From Methanobacteriota archaeon (GTDB taxonomy: Archaea > Thermoplasmatota > Poseidoniia > Poseidoniales > Thalassarchaeaceae), in the NCBI GenBank assembly GCA_002730095.1, contig PBZE01000047.1, positions 1 to 45,876 on the forward strand: a stretch of DNA of 45,876 nt. Direction: 5' to 3'. Under the pieces are notes generated by a model. That model ran no database searches, was not told the origin of the DNA, and saw only the letters and a program-made list of their open reading frames with translations. Below are positions 37,107-45,876 of this stretch, piece after piece; position 1 is the stretch's first letter, and each line of letters begins with the position of its first letter. A program made the position numbers and the translations under genes.

Positions 37107-37220
37107 CGCTCTCCTTTCGCTGCGGTGATAACTAGGTCATATGTGTTGCCATTAGGGAGATTCTAGAATATTGCCCTCAAACCGTTGTCTTGATGTGTGG
37201 TGAGCGGCCCGGGTTGGTTG

Positions 37221-38189
37221 ATGATAATCAGCCGAACACCCCTCAGGGCGTCTTTCTGTGGCGGAGGAACGGACATAGACCAGTTCTCCAAATCCCATCA
37301 AGACGGAGGCAAGGTGGTCTCACTCGCCTTGGACAAATACATCTACGTCATCGTGAACAGGAGATTCGACAATAAAGTCAGGGTTTCATACTCGGCACTT
37401 GAGATTGTTGATGATTTTGAGAACCTGAGTCATGAGCTGGTCAGGGAAGCAATGAGAGTCACGGGAGTAACCTCCGGAGTCGAGATCACGACAATAGCTG
37501 ACATCCCATCCCGAGGGACCGGGCTAGGCTCCTCTTCTACAGTCACAGTAGGTCTACTAAACGCCCTTCACAAATTCGCTGGTCACGATGCATCACCGAA
37601 GCAGTTGGCCGAAGAGGCTTGCAGGATAGAGATTGAGGTTCTAGGGCAACCAATAGGGAGGCAGGACCAGTACGCTGCAGCATTCGGAGGCATCAATTCT
37701 ATTTCTTTTGGCACTGATGGAGTAACAGTAAAGCCCCTGAGGGTATCTTGCCAATCAGAGATTTGCGAGCAGTTCACATTAGTTTTTACCGGTCTATCTA
37801 GAAGTGCCTCAGATGTGCTAAAGGAAGAACCAGAAGATCCAGAAGACAAACTCTCTAGAATGAGAAAAATCAGGATTCAAGCAGACTTAGCCGAGGAGTA
37901 TCTTGAGTCATGTAACCTGTCTGACCTAGGTCTCCTCATTGGTGAGGCCTGGGAGGAAAAAAGAGGAATATCTTCCAGTGTAACACGAGATGAGATAGAT
38001 CTACTGCATCAGGAAATAATGTCAGTAGGTGCATCAGGTGCAAAGCTATTGGGGGCAGGAGGCGGCGGATTCTTCCTTGTTCACGGAACTGTGTCACTCA
38101 GGAAAGACCTCAACCTTTTGAAACGGGGTAACAAGCTAATCCCTGTAGGCTTGGACAACAAAGGCTCCACGATTATCTATGAAGGATGA
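37221..38189 (+). CDS. GHMP sugar kinase, HddA (heptose-7-phosphate kinase)-like
   Basis: SRTPLR.SF.GGGTD, GTGLGSSS, G.QDQYAAAFGG, GAKLLGAGGGGF; substrate uncertain. Confidence 0.8.
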   Translation: MIISRTPLRASFCGGGTDIDQFSKSHQDGGKVVSLALDKYIYVIVNRRFDNKVRVSYSALEIVDDFENLSHELVREAMRVTGVTSGVEITTIADIPSRGTGLGSSSTVTVGLLNALHKFAGHDASPKQLAEEACRIEIEVLGQPIGRQDQYAAAFGGINSISFGTDGVTVKPLRVSCQSEICEQFTLVFTGLSRSASDVLKEEPEDPEDKLSRMRKIRIQADLAEEYLESCNLSDLGLLIGEAWEEKRGISSSVTRDEIDLLHQEIMSVGASGAKLLGAGGGGFFLVHGTVSLRKDLNLLKRGNKLIPVGLDNKGSTIIYEG

Positions 38190-40327
38190 TTAGAATGAAA
38201 TCGGGAAAAACAGTCATTTGCCTCGCAATTATTCTCCTACTATCCCTATCCCCTCTCGTTCTCGCTGAGTCAGACGGTCAAGAGGAGCAGCCCGCCCAAC
38301 CACTCGAAATCATCGGTTACTCCAAACTCACTTTCCTCGGACCACTATCCTCCGACTCCATCATCAATACAACATGGGATTTACAGATATCAATTGGTGA
38401 GAACTATGGTACAGATCTACTGCCGAATCAGTCCTTAGGAATTAGAACCCAGATTGACAGATATTTGGGAGATGAAGATGGCTACCTGTCAGAGAACGAG
38501 ATTTCCTCTTTCTCGCAGATGATCTTGGCAGCAAGGTCATGGAATAATTCTGAACTGGCCGGATGTTGTATCTTCGACTATCGCCTTCTGACGCTCTCGA
38601 ATCCTGTGGTGATATCAATCTCCCCTCCCTCTGCTGGCCCAGTCGTCACTGAAAGCGAATCCAGATGGGGATGGAGCGAATCAGCAGATCTAGAGGCCAC
38701 CAGCGACCAGAGAACGACACGTCTCTTGGACCTGCCACGAACGGGTTCCCTCATTGAGGAAATCCCCCTTCTGGTGTCTTTACAGAGTCCATGGGAATTC
38801 AAGTTCAGTGCCATGCAGGAAGTCATTTCCGGAGAACCATCGAATTTCTCAATCCAGAGATCCGACTCTCCCGTGTACTCGACAATCAGAATCGCAATCG
38901 GACAGAACGACGTCCCATCAACAGACGTGAGCAGAACGCGGGGGACGTCAATCTCAGTCCCTCTCGATAGTCCTCTTAGTTTCTTCACAGAATGCAATGA
39001 CAGTGCTCTGGAGACTCCTTATTTCGAATGGGTATTCAGGAACAATGGAACCGTCGCTTACAGCACTTCAGGCAACCAATCGAAGGGCGAGAAGACGATC
39101 ATAACAGTCATTCCGGAGACATATGGATACTCATCGAAGGATGTGCTTGCTGCAGAACTGATCTGTAGGGACTCCCACGGCTCCTCGTCTAGCTGGTACG
39201 AAAACGTCATCGTTGATGGTGATGATCCAGAATATGAAATAAGGTTCACCGAGATCACCAATTCTGGGATAGTAATAGTACATAACGAATCTGAGGAAAT
39301 TATTCAGATAAGGTCGGACAGTGAGCTATTTGTTGATGTAATTGCAATGGACTCCTCAAATCTTCCTGTTTCCATAATAGTCGCCTCCAATAAGTCACAA
39401 GGGTGGAGGCAGTTCTCCAATGACGAACTCCACTTCTCCACCTCCTTCATCCAAGGGGCCCAAGTAAATGGGATGCATCTGCCTGTGGAAGAAAGGCACC
39501 TAGAGAGGCAGAACAGTCTTTGGAGACTTATCCTCAATGTTACTGATGAGGCTGGAAACACCATCATGAGAACGTGGCAAGTATTCGTGGAGGACTCGTC
39601 AGCTCCCGTCGTGATACCTTCAATATTCGTAAATTCGGATCCTATGACGCCCTCAAACCCACCACGTCTGGGAGACAATCTCTCGCTTTACCTCTCAGAC
39701 TCTTTTGACGATCTGGATAGCATCGAAGACACAATGTGGAATATTTCATTAGATGGCGAAATATACCGTCAAAATTTGAACTGGAGTGAGGCGGAAAAGA
39801 TACTACTCCCCCCTCTTGAAATAGGGGGTCATACAATAAACATACAATCCACGGATTCAAGTTCTAATTCCGGCAATCTTTCATTCCAAATCTCGATAGA
39901 GCCCCCTTTGGGCTTTTCAATAAAAGTAATTGACACCTTCTTTTCGGAGAGGCCCTCAATAGGAAACCCCGTCACAATCACCGTGTTCGCCGAGAATTCA
40001 CACTCATCCGTAGGATCGGCCAGATTGTGCTATCTGGCAGAATGTTCTGACTTTGTTCTCATGCCCGGGGCCCCATATGGTGGCTTCACACTAGAATTGG
40101 AAGTTACACCAGACAAGGCTGGTGTTTTGGATATGAGTATTGAATGGATAGGGACAGAGGATGGAGAGTCCGGGACTGTTGAATTATTAGAGGTAGTTAA
40201 TGTCATAGATACTCAAGCTGATACTTCCAATCATCAAATTCAGGCGTTCTTCTTAGTGCTCTCGATTTTACTCATTCTGACGATGGTGGCAAATCGCATT
40301 TGGGGAATCGACTCAATGAAGCCTTAG
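38186..40327 (+). CDS. Secreted, C-terminally anchored acidic surface protein (Ig-like beta modules likely)
   Basis: Signal peptide, beta-rich acidic body with VTDEAGN / TDSSSN strand motifs, C-terminal TM helix. Confidence 0.7.
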   Translation: MIRMKSGKTVICLAIILLLSLSPLVLAESDGQEEQPAQPLEIIGYSKLTFLGPLSSDSIINTTWDLQISIGENYGTDLLPNQSLGIRTQIDRYLGDEDGYLSENEISSFSQMILAARSWNNSELAGCCIFDYRLLTLSNPVVISISPPSAGPVVTESESRWGWSESADLEATSDQRTTRLLDLPRTGSLIEEIPLLVSLQSPWEFKFSAMQEVISGEPSNFSIQRSDSPVYSTIRIAIGQNDVPSTDVSRTRGTSISVPLDSPLSFFTECNDSALETPYFEWVFRNNGTVAYSTSGNQSKGEKTIITVIPETYGYSSKDVLAAELICRDSHGSSSSWYENVIVDGDDPEYEIRFTEITNSGIVIVHNESEEIIQIRSDSELFVDVIAMDSSNLPVSIIVASNKSQGWRQFSNDELHFSTSFIQGAQVNGMHLPVEERHLERQNSLWRLILNVTDEAGNTIMRTWQVFVEDSSAPVVIPSIFVNSDPMTPSNPPRLGDNLSLYLSDSFDDLDSIEDTMWNISLDGEIYRQNLNWSEAEKILLPPLEIGGHTINIQSTDSSSNSGNLSFQISIEPPLGFSIKVIDTFFSERPSIGNPVTITVFAENSHSSVGSARLCYLAECSDFVLMPGAPYGGFTLELEVTPDKAGVLDMSIEWIGTEDGESGTVELLEVVNVIDTQADTSNHQIQAFFLVLSILLILTMVANRIWGIDSMKP

Positions 40328-40379
40328 CTTAGCACATTCTTCCGTGAACCTCATGAGAGAGAATACTGGCTCGCATGAC

Positions 40380-42089
40380 ATGGTTCTGCTTCCCGACTAT
40401 CCCAACAGGGTGGTCAATGAGCATAGGATGAGAGTTGAGAAAGCTGCTCTGTTGGGCCTACTTACCATAATCTTCGGTGGGGCTTGGTGGCTCTGGCCGG
40501 TGGTGGACGGACAAGTCGAAATGCTCTCACGATCAGGTCACGTTTTCTTACTTTTCACCATTGCATTATTACTCTCTGACTTGATAGATTTTGGTCCCGT
40601 GGAGAGGTCAAGAATCGGCATCGCATCAAATTTATCTTGGCCCAGCCTATTTGCACTTGCTGGAACAGATCTCACATCTGTAGACGAAAAGATATCATCT
40701 GCACTGATGGTGATTATAGTGTTCTCACTGTGGATTACGACAAAATCGATTTTCGGACACTCACTTGCAACACGCAGACTTAGGGGAATGTCCAGTATCG
40801 CTTCACTAGCAATAGCATCGGCAACAATGGTAGCAATGGATTCCAATGTCTATGTATGGGTCTTGGTTTTTGTCTCAGTTTCATACACCATGATTCCAGA
40901 TTTATTATCCAAAGATGAAATGCATCAGACCAGGAAGCAGTTCTCGACGAAACTGGAGGAGGCCGAGCTTTCCATGATGAAACTAAGGTCTGAGAATACA
41001 GGACTCGAACAACCAAATTCTCTCCTGAAGAGTGCCAGGGAAATTGGATGGAAAGATCCACAGAAGGGCCTTAGGATAATCGAAGAGGCAGAGAGCGAGG
41101 CTAGGAGAATTATTGCAATATCAAACGATCTCGAAGAAATACAGAGCGACGCCCTCAATTCGGTAATCAAATCAGAGGAAATCTCGAACAGTGCGAAATC
41201 ACCTAGAAAAGCATATGATATGGGTATAAGGGAAGCAGAGCTAGGGTCCTTGAGAGAGGCAGAGACTCTGTTTAGAACCGCCAAGATAAAGGCTGAAAAC
41301 ATCATTGAAAATTGGCAAGAGGCGTACAATACCATTCTAGAAGCCGAGGAAAAAATTTCAGATTTGTCCGGTTACTCGGCGGAAAGCATAGTCAGCATGC
41401 TAGACTCCGCCAAGGAAGCTCTAGAGTCTGAAGACCCACTAGGCGCAATTCAAATCGCGTCGAACATCCCCTCGCACATAGAGAGCCTATCTGGATTGGA
41501 AGTGGAATCGACCAAGTCCTTGGAAGATGCTGAAAAGGCAGTAAAATCACTGGAGGGTGAGGCTTCACCAAGATATCTTGAGATGATTGCAAATTCTAGA
41601 AATGCATACAATGAAGGAAATTTTTCCCTTTCTAAGGGAATATCAGACAGCATCATTAGAGACGTAAGGGAATCTCTGGAATCCTCAAATGAGGTCACAA
41701 GGGCGCTCAGACAAAGGAAGAAACTAGAGTCGAGATTCCCGAAGTCCGGCAACTGGCAAGAGAGAATGAACCTCATAGCCCAACTTCATGAGTCATCTCA
41801 GTGGTCTGATGCCCACTCAGAGCTAAAATCCCTAACATCAGATCTCAGCGCATTCGAATCCGAGTTATCTGATGCTAGGGAGCTGATGGATTTCGTGAAT
41901 TCAGAGTGGGAGGGGCTAACCAAGAGGATGGATTCTAGGGGGATCAGGGGAGATAATCCGGACAGGGCTTCCTGCCTCAGATCTATAGCAAAAGCCGAGA
42001 GAAGTCTTGCAGAGGGGAGGATTCAGGATTGCTTGAAGTCACTTGGAGTGGCAGATTCTCTGATGGAGACTCTTAGGGGAAAACTCTAG
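40380..42089 (+). CDS. Membrane protein with long coiled-coil/helical-repeat C-terminal domain
   Basis: About 6 N-terminal TM helices, then ~390 aa of A/E/K/S-rich helices; start could also be 40344 or 40353. Confidence 0.7.
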   Translation: MVLLPDYPNRVVNEHRMRVEKAALLGLLTIIFGGAWWLWPVVDGQVEMLSRSGHVFLLFTIALLLSDLIDFGPVERSRIGIASNLSWPSLFALAGTDLTSVDEKISSALMVIIVFSLWITTKSIFGHSLATRRLRGMSSIASLAIASATMVAMDSNVYVWVLVFVSVSYTMIPDLLSKDEMHQTRKQFSTKLEEAELSMMKLRSENTGLEQPNSLLKSAREIGWKDPQKGLRIIEEAESEARRIIAISNDLEEIQSDALNSVIKSEEISNSAKSPRKAYDMGIREAELGSLREAETLFRTAKIKAENIIENWQEAYNTILEAEEKISDLSGYSAESIVSMLDSAKEALESEDPLGAIQIASNIPSHIESLSGLEVESTKSLEDAEKAVKSLEGEASPRYLEMIANSRNAYNEGNFSLSKGISDSIIRDVRESLESSNEVTRALRQRKKLESRFPKSGNWQERMNLIAQLHESSQWSDAHSELKSLTSDLSAFESELSDARELMDFVNSEWEGLTKRMDSRGIRGDNPDRASCLRSIAKAERSLAEGRIQDCLKSLGVADSLMETLRGKL

Positions 42090-42177
42090 GGTAAGTACGC
42101 TCATTATTGCTGCTATTTCTTCCTATGTTGCCACATTCGTACCATTATTGATAGTCAAGAGCCTCATGCATCATGCC

Positions 42178-44289
42178 ATGGACCTAGTCCTCATCGGCTC
42201 CTTCATCCTCTTCATGACTGCATTCGCTGGAATCGGACTTGCCAGCATGTTGGTCAAAGAAGACACCACAGACGACTACCTAGTTGCTGGCAGGGGCATG
42301 CATCCAGCGCTAGCTGCACTATCAGCCGTCAGTACATGGAACTCTGGATACATGTTCATTGGTTACATAGGGTTTACTTTCACAATGGGCTACTCTATTG
42401 TGTGGATAGCTTTTGGATCTATGGCGGGACAGATATTGGCATGGATATGGTTGTACAAATTCATTCAGCAATCGGCCAATGAACGTGGACTCAGATCTCT
42501 ATCCTCCCTCGTCTCAGAGGCGACAGGGTCGCCCGAGGCGAAACTAGCTGCCGTTCTATCCATTCTTTTCCTATCCGTCTACGCTGCTGCTCAGCTGACT
42601 AGTGGGGGAAAGGCCCTCTACGTGATGCTGGGATGGTCCGAAGTAGTTGGAATCCTGATAGGATTTGTATTGGTCGTAGCCTATTGCTATGCCGGAGGGA
42701 TAAGGGCCTCGATTTGGACTGACGCAGCCCAATCCAGCGTCATGATCCTCGGATCCTCACTACTTTGCTGGGTGGCACTGGAACAGATAGGTGGGTTTTC
42801 TGGACTTCACTCAGGGTTGGACGGGCAGAATGCCAATCTAACCAGCATTGTGCCTGCAGATTTGGGATTCGGCGTGACCCTATGGGCATTCGCATTCTTC
42901 TTGGGTGGGCTCAGCGTAGCTGGGCAACCCCAGGTTGTCACTCGTGTTATGACACTTGGAACAGATAGAGACAGGAAGACTGCGATGCTGTGGTTCTTCG
43001 CTTGGCAGACTCCCTTCCTGCTCATCATGACAATAATCGGACTGTCCAGCCGAGTAGTTTTCTCAGGAGCAGATTTTGATCCAGAGCTGGGCCTTCCTAT
43101 GCTTGCTATGGAGACACTGGGGCCATTCTGGGTTGGCTTGATCCTAGCCTCAATTTTTGCAGCTACCATGTCAACTGCAGACAGTCAGGTTTTGGCTTGT
43201 ACCGCTGCATTTACTGATGATGTAATGCCCGAGATAAGCCAAGATCACAAGAAGACAAAGATGGTTACTCTAGTTGTGGCAGCTTTCGCCACTGCCATAT
43301 CCATCTTCGGACTCTATGTCCCGGGAGGGGATTCGGTCTTCTCCCTCGTAGTCCTAGCTGTGTACGGACTAGGATCCATCTTCGTTCCAATTCTAATTAT
43401 CAGATGGTCTGGTTACGAGCCTGATACAACTCACACCACGGCAATGATGATTGCAGCATTGACAGGGGTCATTGCGTGGAGGTTGATGGGACTCAACGAC
43501 GAGATATTCGAGTCCATACCAGGAATGGGGGCTGCATTCGTCACACATTTCGTGATGAATCAGATTCGTAGTTCTGATGTTTCTCCACTTGGTCGATTCG
43601 ACCTACCAGAAGGTCAGAAATTGAAAGTAATAGCAGCCTCAATAATCATACCATTCAGCGCGATAGAGGTAACATATTTCTTAGCTGGACCCGATAGCTA
43701 TGAGTATCAGAGGAATAATGAGTATCTGATTGACTTCGAAGAGGGGATGATTACTTGGGTGGATAACACCACAGTCGAACTAAGTGACGGTGAGGTTTTC
43801 TCCTTCTCGTTGACAGATCAGGAATTCCCAGAAGAGGCCAAAGAACGGAACATATTCTCCGTAGATTATACCGTAACAGTCCTAGATAGCTTTGATGATA
43901 ACGAGGAAACAAATGGCCCTGGGTGTGTCGTTGATCCCGGCCAAGATGAAGCCGATTCGGTATCTCTTTTCGTGAGTGCCCCCTCAAATACATCCTCTTT
44001 GGAAACCCAGTCCTCAGTATACGATTGGATTGACTTGATGGCTTTCCCTCAATTTGAAACATTTCCCTTCATAACTGGCTATACTGTAGCGGAAATAGAA
44101 ATGAGCTTCGATACTAGCGACTCGGTTGTTGGGGACTATTCATTTGAATTTACGGGGAATGTGGAATCAGGAGATTCGACATTTCAATGTGATAGACAAG
44201 ATTCTACTGTCACAATTGAATACCTAATTGAATTGTGGTGGGTCGAGCCGAATGTCTTGGAGTGGAACGATGATGACATCTTTTTTTGA
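42178..44289 (+). CDS. Sodium:solute symporter (PutP-like) with extra acidic C-terminal domain
   Basis: DYLVAGR, ALSA..T..SGYMFIG, GG..ASIWTD..Q, GQP, A.MSTADSQ; ~200-aa extension after a final TM helix. Confidence 0.88.
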   Translation: MDLVLIGSFILFMTAFAGIGLASMLVKEDTTDDYLVAGRGMHPALAALSAVSTWNSGYMFIGYIGFTFTMGYSIVWIAFGSMAGQILAWIWLYKFIQQSANERGLRSLSSLVSEATGSPEAKLAAVLSILFLSVYAAAQLTSGGKALYVMLGWSEVVGILIGFVLVVAYCYAGGIRASIWTDAAQSSVMILGSSLLCWVALEQIGGFSGLHSGLDGQNANLTSIVPADLGFGVTLWAFAFFLGGLSVAGQPQVVTRVMTLGTDRDRKTAMLWFFAWQTPFLLIMTIIGLSSRVVFSGADFDPELGLPMLAMETLGPFWVGLILASIFAATMSTADSQVLACTAAFTDDVMPEISQDHKKTKMVTLVVAAFATAISIFGLYVPGGDSVFSLVVLAVYGLGSIFVPILIIRWSGYEPDTTHTTAMMIAALTGVIAWRLMGLNDEIFESIPGMGAAFVTHFVMNQIRSSDVSPLGRFDLPEGQKLKVIAASIIIPFSAIEVTYFLAGPDSYEYQRNNEYLIDFEEGMITWVDNTTVELSDGEVFSFSLTDQEFPEEAKERNIFSVDYTVTVLDSFDDNEETNGPGCVVDPGQDEADSVSLFVSAPSNTSSLETQSSVYDWIDLMAFPQFETFPFITGYTVAEIEMSFDTSDSVVGDYSFEFTGNVESGDSTFQCDRQDSTVTIEYLIELWWVEPNVLEWNDDDIFF

Positions 44290-44377
44290 TCGATGATGAT
44301 GGTGGTGAGATGGAAAACTAAGCCATACTGTTCGATCTCTAAATAATATTAAATAATCCATGAATAGACAAAGTATC

Positions 44378-44443
44378 ATGAATTGTGACTGCTGTGATTG
44401 CAGCCCATGTGGCGCAAACTGTGGATGTAACGGTTGCTGCTAG
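44378..44443 (+). CDS. Putative metallothionein-like micro-protein (MNCDCCDCSPCGANCGCNGCC)
   Basis: Translated by hand: 9 Cys in 21 aa, mixed TGT/TGC codons, AT-rich TATA-like tract 44340-44357 upstream; in-frame upstream ATG at 44360. Confidence 0.7.
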   Translation: MNCDCCDCSPCGANCGCNGCC

Positions 44444-44452
44444 GCGCCAACC

Positions 44453-44758
44453 CTAATCATCCAGTCGTATCTTGCCCCGCCCCTTATTCTGTATTTTTCC
44501 GACAGACGTTGTCAAAATCCGGGGTTCTCTTCCCCTAGCTGCTAGGGAAAGAATCCACCAACCAACCGTCAGTAGGGCGGTTGAAACCATTATGACAGTT
44601 CCCACCCACATCACGATATTCCCCTCTGTGACTGGCCAAGCCCAATATGAGACACCTAGCACAACCACTACAAGCAGTATTCTAGAAGCTTCACTGGGTG
44701 TTTTCCAACCTCTGTGGTCCCTCCTCGGAGCTAGCAAGTAGTCTAGCATACACCTCAC
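44453..44758 (-). CDS. Small two-TM membrane protein
   Basis: Two hydrophobic helices and a basic tail; co-oriented with gins; start may be ATG 44749. Confidence 0.6.
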   Translation of the reverse strand: MRCMLDYLLAPRRDHRGWKTPSEASRILLVVVVLGVSYWAWPVTEGNIVMWVGTVIMVSTALLTVGWWILSLAARGREPRILTTSVGKIQNKGRGKIRLDD

Positions 44759-44794
44759 TAAGAGAATGTACTTTTCAACAACTGTTTCAATCCG

Positions 44795-45679
44795 TCAAAT
44801 ATCCGCAGCCTCTGCTATGCCTGCAGCAATGAGGGTGTCAGCTATGATGGAAGGACAGAACTCTATGTCTCCCGTTTTGAGAGTTATTTCTTCGCCATTT
44901 TCAGTAATTATTGGGTCATCGAGGTCCTGTAGTATCAGAATCCTCCTCATTTCGGGCTCCTCTCGAACTTCCTCCCTCGTCTCTGAGTGAGGATTTACAG
45001 CCCCTGATATCTCAGGGAAGTCATCTATCTCCCTTATCCTGTCCTCTTCATCGTACTCAGGGTCTTCCCAATGCGACCCCTGCTCCTGAGGTTCCGGGCC
45101 CTCGCTTTCCACGATGGGTGGCTCCTCCACGGCCTCGCCGGGAACGAATTCTGTAAGAGGGGTATGGACGGAAGAGAGAGGGGGCGGTGCAGGTGTATCC
45201 CAATTGTTGCTGAGCAGAGATCTCCACGAGACATCATGCTTGTATTTGTCAACCAGATGGCCAACGCCAGAGTAGAAAGCTCTCTCAGATGGATCGTGCT
45301 TCTCCCATTCAATCGGATCCGGACGCATTCCAGGAGCGAGAGCGCCCTCTTCAGGTGATTGAATCAGGCTCATCAGTACGGCATGCTGAGTGAAAGCATT
45401 GAGCCTGTTTCTCGTCAGGTCCTTCACCGCAGTCCTGACAACGCCAAGCTTTCTGGATTGTAACTGGGCCTTCGCAGTCATACCCTCCGACCTGATTGTC
45501 TCAGCCAATTCAGCCTCCAGATGCTGAACTAACTGACCTACTGCGCTCCAGAATCCTGGCATCGGCAGCTCGATTGGAATCGATGATCTTCGCTGCGTTC
45601 TAGCAAGCTCATCGAGGGCCCTGTCAACTGCCATAAGACGGCTTGGACTGAGCCTAGGCAAGCTTCCGTCGTCCATCAT
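44795..45679 (-). CDS. GINS subunit (Gins51-type: A domain, acidic linker, B domain)
   Basis: Helical N-domain (LP..GFW..V...V..L, R......A, E..FY); C-terminal RILILQDL..PI..ENG....L..GDI...P..IA..LI..G.A fits a GINS B domain. Confidence 0.7.
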   Translation of the reverse strand: MMDDGSLPRLSPSRLMAVDRALDELARTQRRSSIPIELPMPGFWSAVGQLVQHLEAELAETIRSEGMTAKAQLQSRKLGVVRTAVKDLTRNRLNAFTQHAVLMSLIQSPEEGALAPGMRPDPIEWEKHDPSERAFYSGVGHLVDKYKHDVSWRSLLSNNWDTPAPPPLSSVHTPLTEFVPGEAVEEPPIVESEGPEPQEQGSHWEDPEYDEEDRIREIDDFPEISGAVNPHSETREEVREEPEMRRILILQDLDDPIITENGEEITLKTGDIEFCPSIIADTLIAAGIAEAADI

Positions 45680-45791
45680 CCTCGGTACCCGGGCCTAGTG
45701 CGTGCAAGGAGACACTTGAACAATTCTCCTCTCAAACTGCAATCTCTCTAGAAGCGCGAGTATCAAGAGTGAGACTATCCTCGCAACCCCC

Positions 45792-45876
45792 GCAGGTGTA
45801 CCCGAGTGGTCAAAGGGGGAGGGCTCAAGATCCTCTGCGTAGTGCTTCGCAGGTTCGAATCCTGCCGCCTGCACCA
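45792..45876 (+). tRNA. tRNA-Leu (anticodon CAA), CCA encoded
   Basis: Acceptor GCAGGTG/CGCCTGC, D-loop AGTGGT, anticodon arm GAGGG-CTCAAGA-TCCTC, long variable arm, GTTCGAATC T-loop, ACCA end. Confidence 0.96.

Noticed and set aside
44290-44340. ATGATGA as a box C of a C/D sRNA, or a 9-codon ORF
   Set aside because: No properly spaced CUGA box D, and the peptide is featureless.
751-45358. Numerous 60-160 aa ORFs antisense or frame-shifted within confident genes
   Set aside because: Shadow ORFs with Ser/Pro/Ile-rich antisense composition and no motifs.
1-45876. Mobile element or provirus
   Set aside because: No integrase, transposase, capsid gene, terminal repeats or tRNA-end duplication were recognised.

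Overview
This is a gene-dense archaeal chromosome segment. The archaeal-type rps13-rps4-rps11-rpoD cluster, pantoate kinase, GINS, bacterial-type aceE/pckA/leuS and large acidic membrane-anchored proteins fit Marine Group II Thermoplasmatota (Poseidoniales); this placement is inferred from gene content only. Most genes are housekeeping: map, tsaC, a Upf1-like helicase, aceE, leuS, the r-protein/rpoD operon, pckA, pyrBI, a Na+/solute symporter, gins51 and tRNA-Leu(CAA) ending on the last base. No transposase, integrase or CRISPR array was seen. The best signals are absent from the ORF track: (1) a 21-aa, 9-Cys metallothionein-like micro-ORF (44378-44443), about 9 kb from a NikR-like regulator/ZnuABC-like locus whose binding protein has a ~440-aa His/Asp-rich modular insert and which also hides a 33-aa membrane ORF; (2) a ~105-nt multibranched, pseudoknot-capable candidate ncRNA (16965-17068) inside a cluster of SF2 helicase, AN1 zinc-finger membrane protein, divergent PriS-like primase and a CDIN1/C15orf41-like PD-(D/E)XK nuclease; (3) a 34-aa, +10 cationic amphipathic peptide ORF directly after aceE. 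All family calls come from reading motifs by eye; no database search was run.
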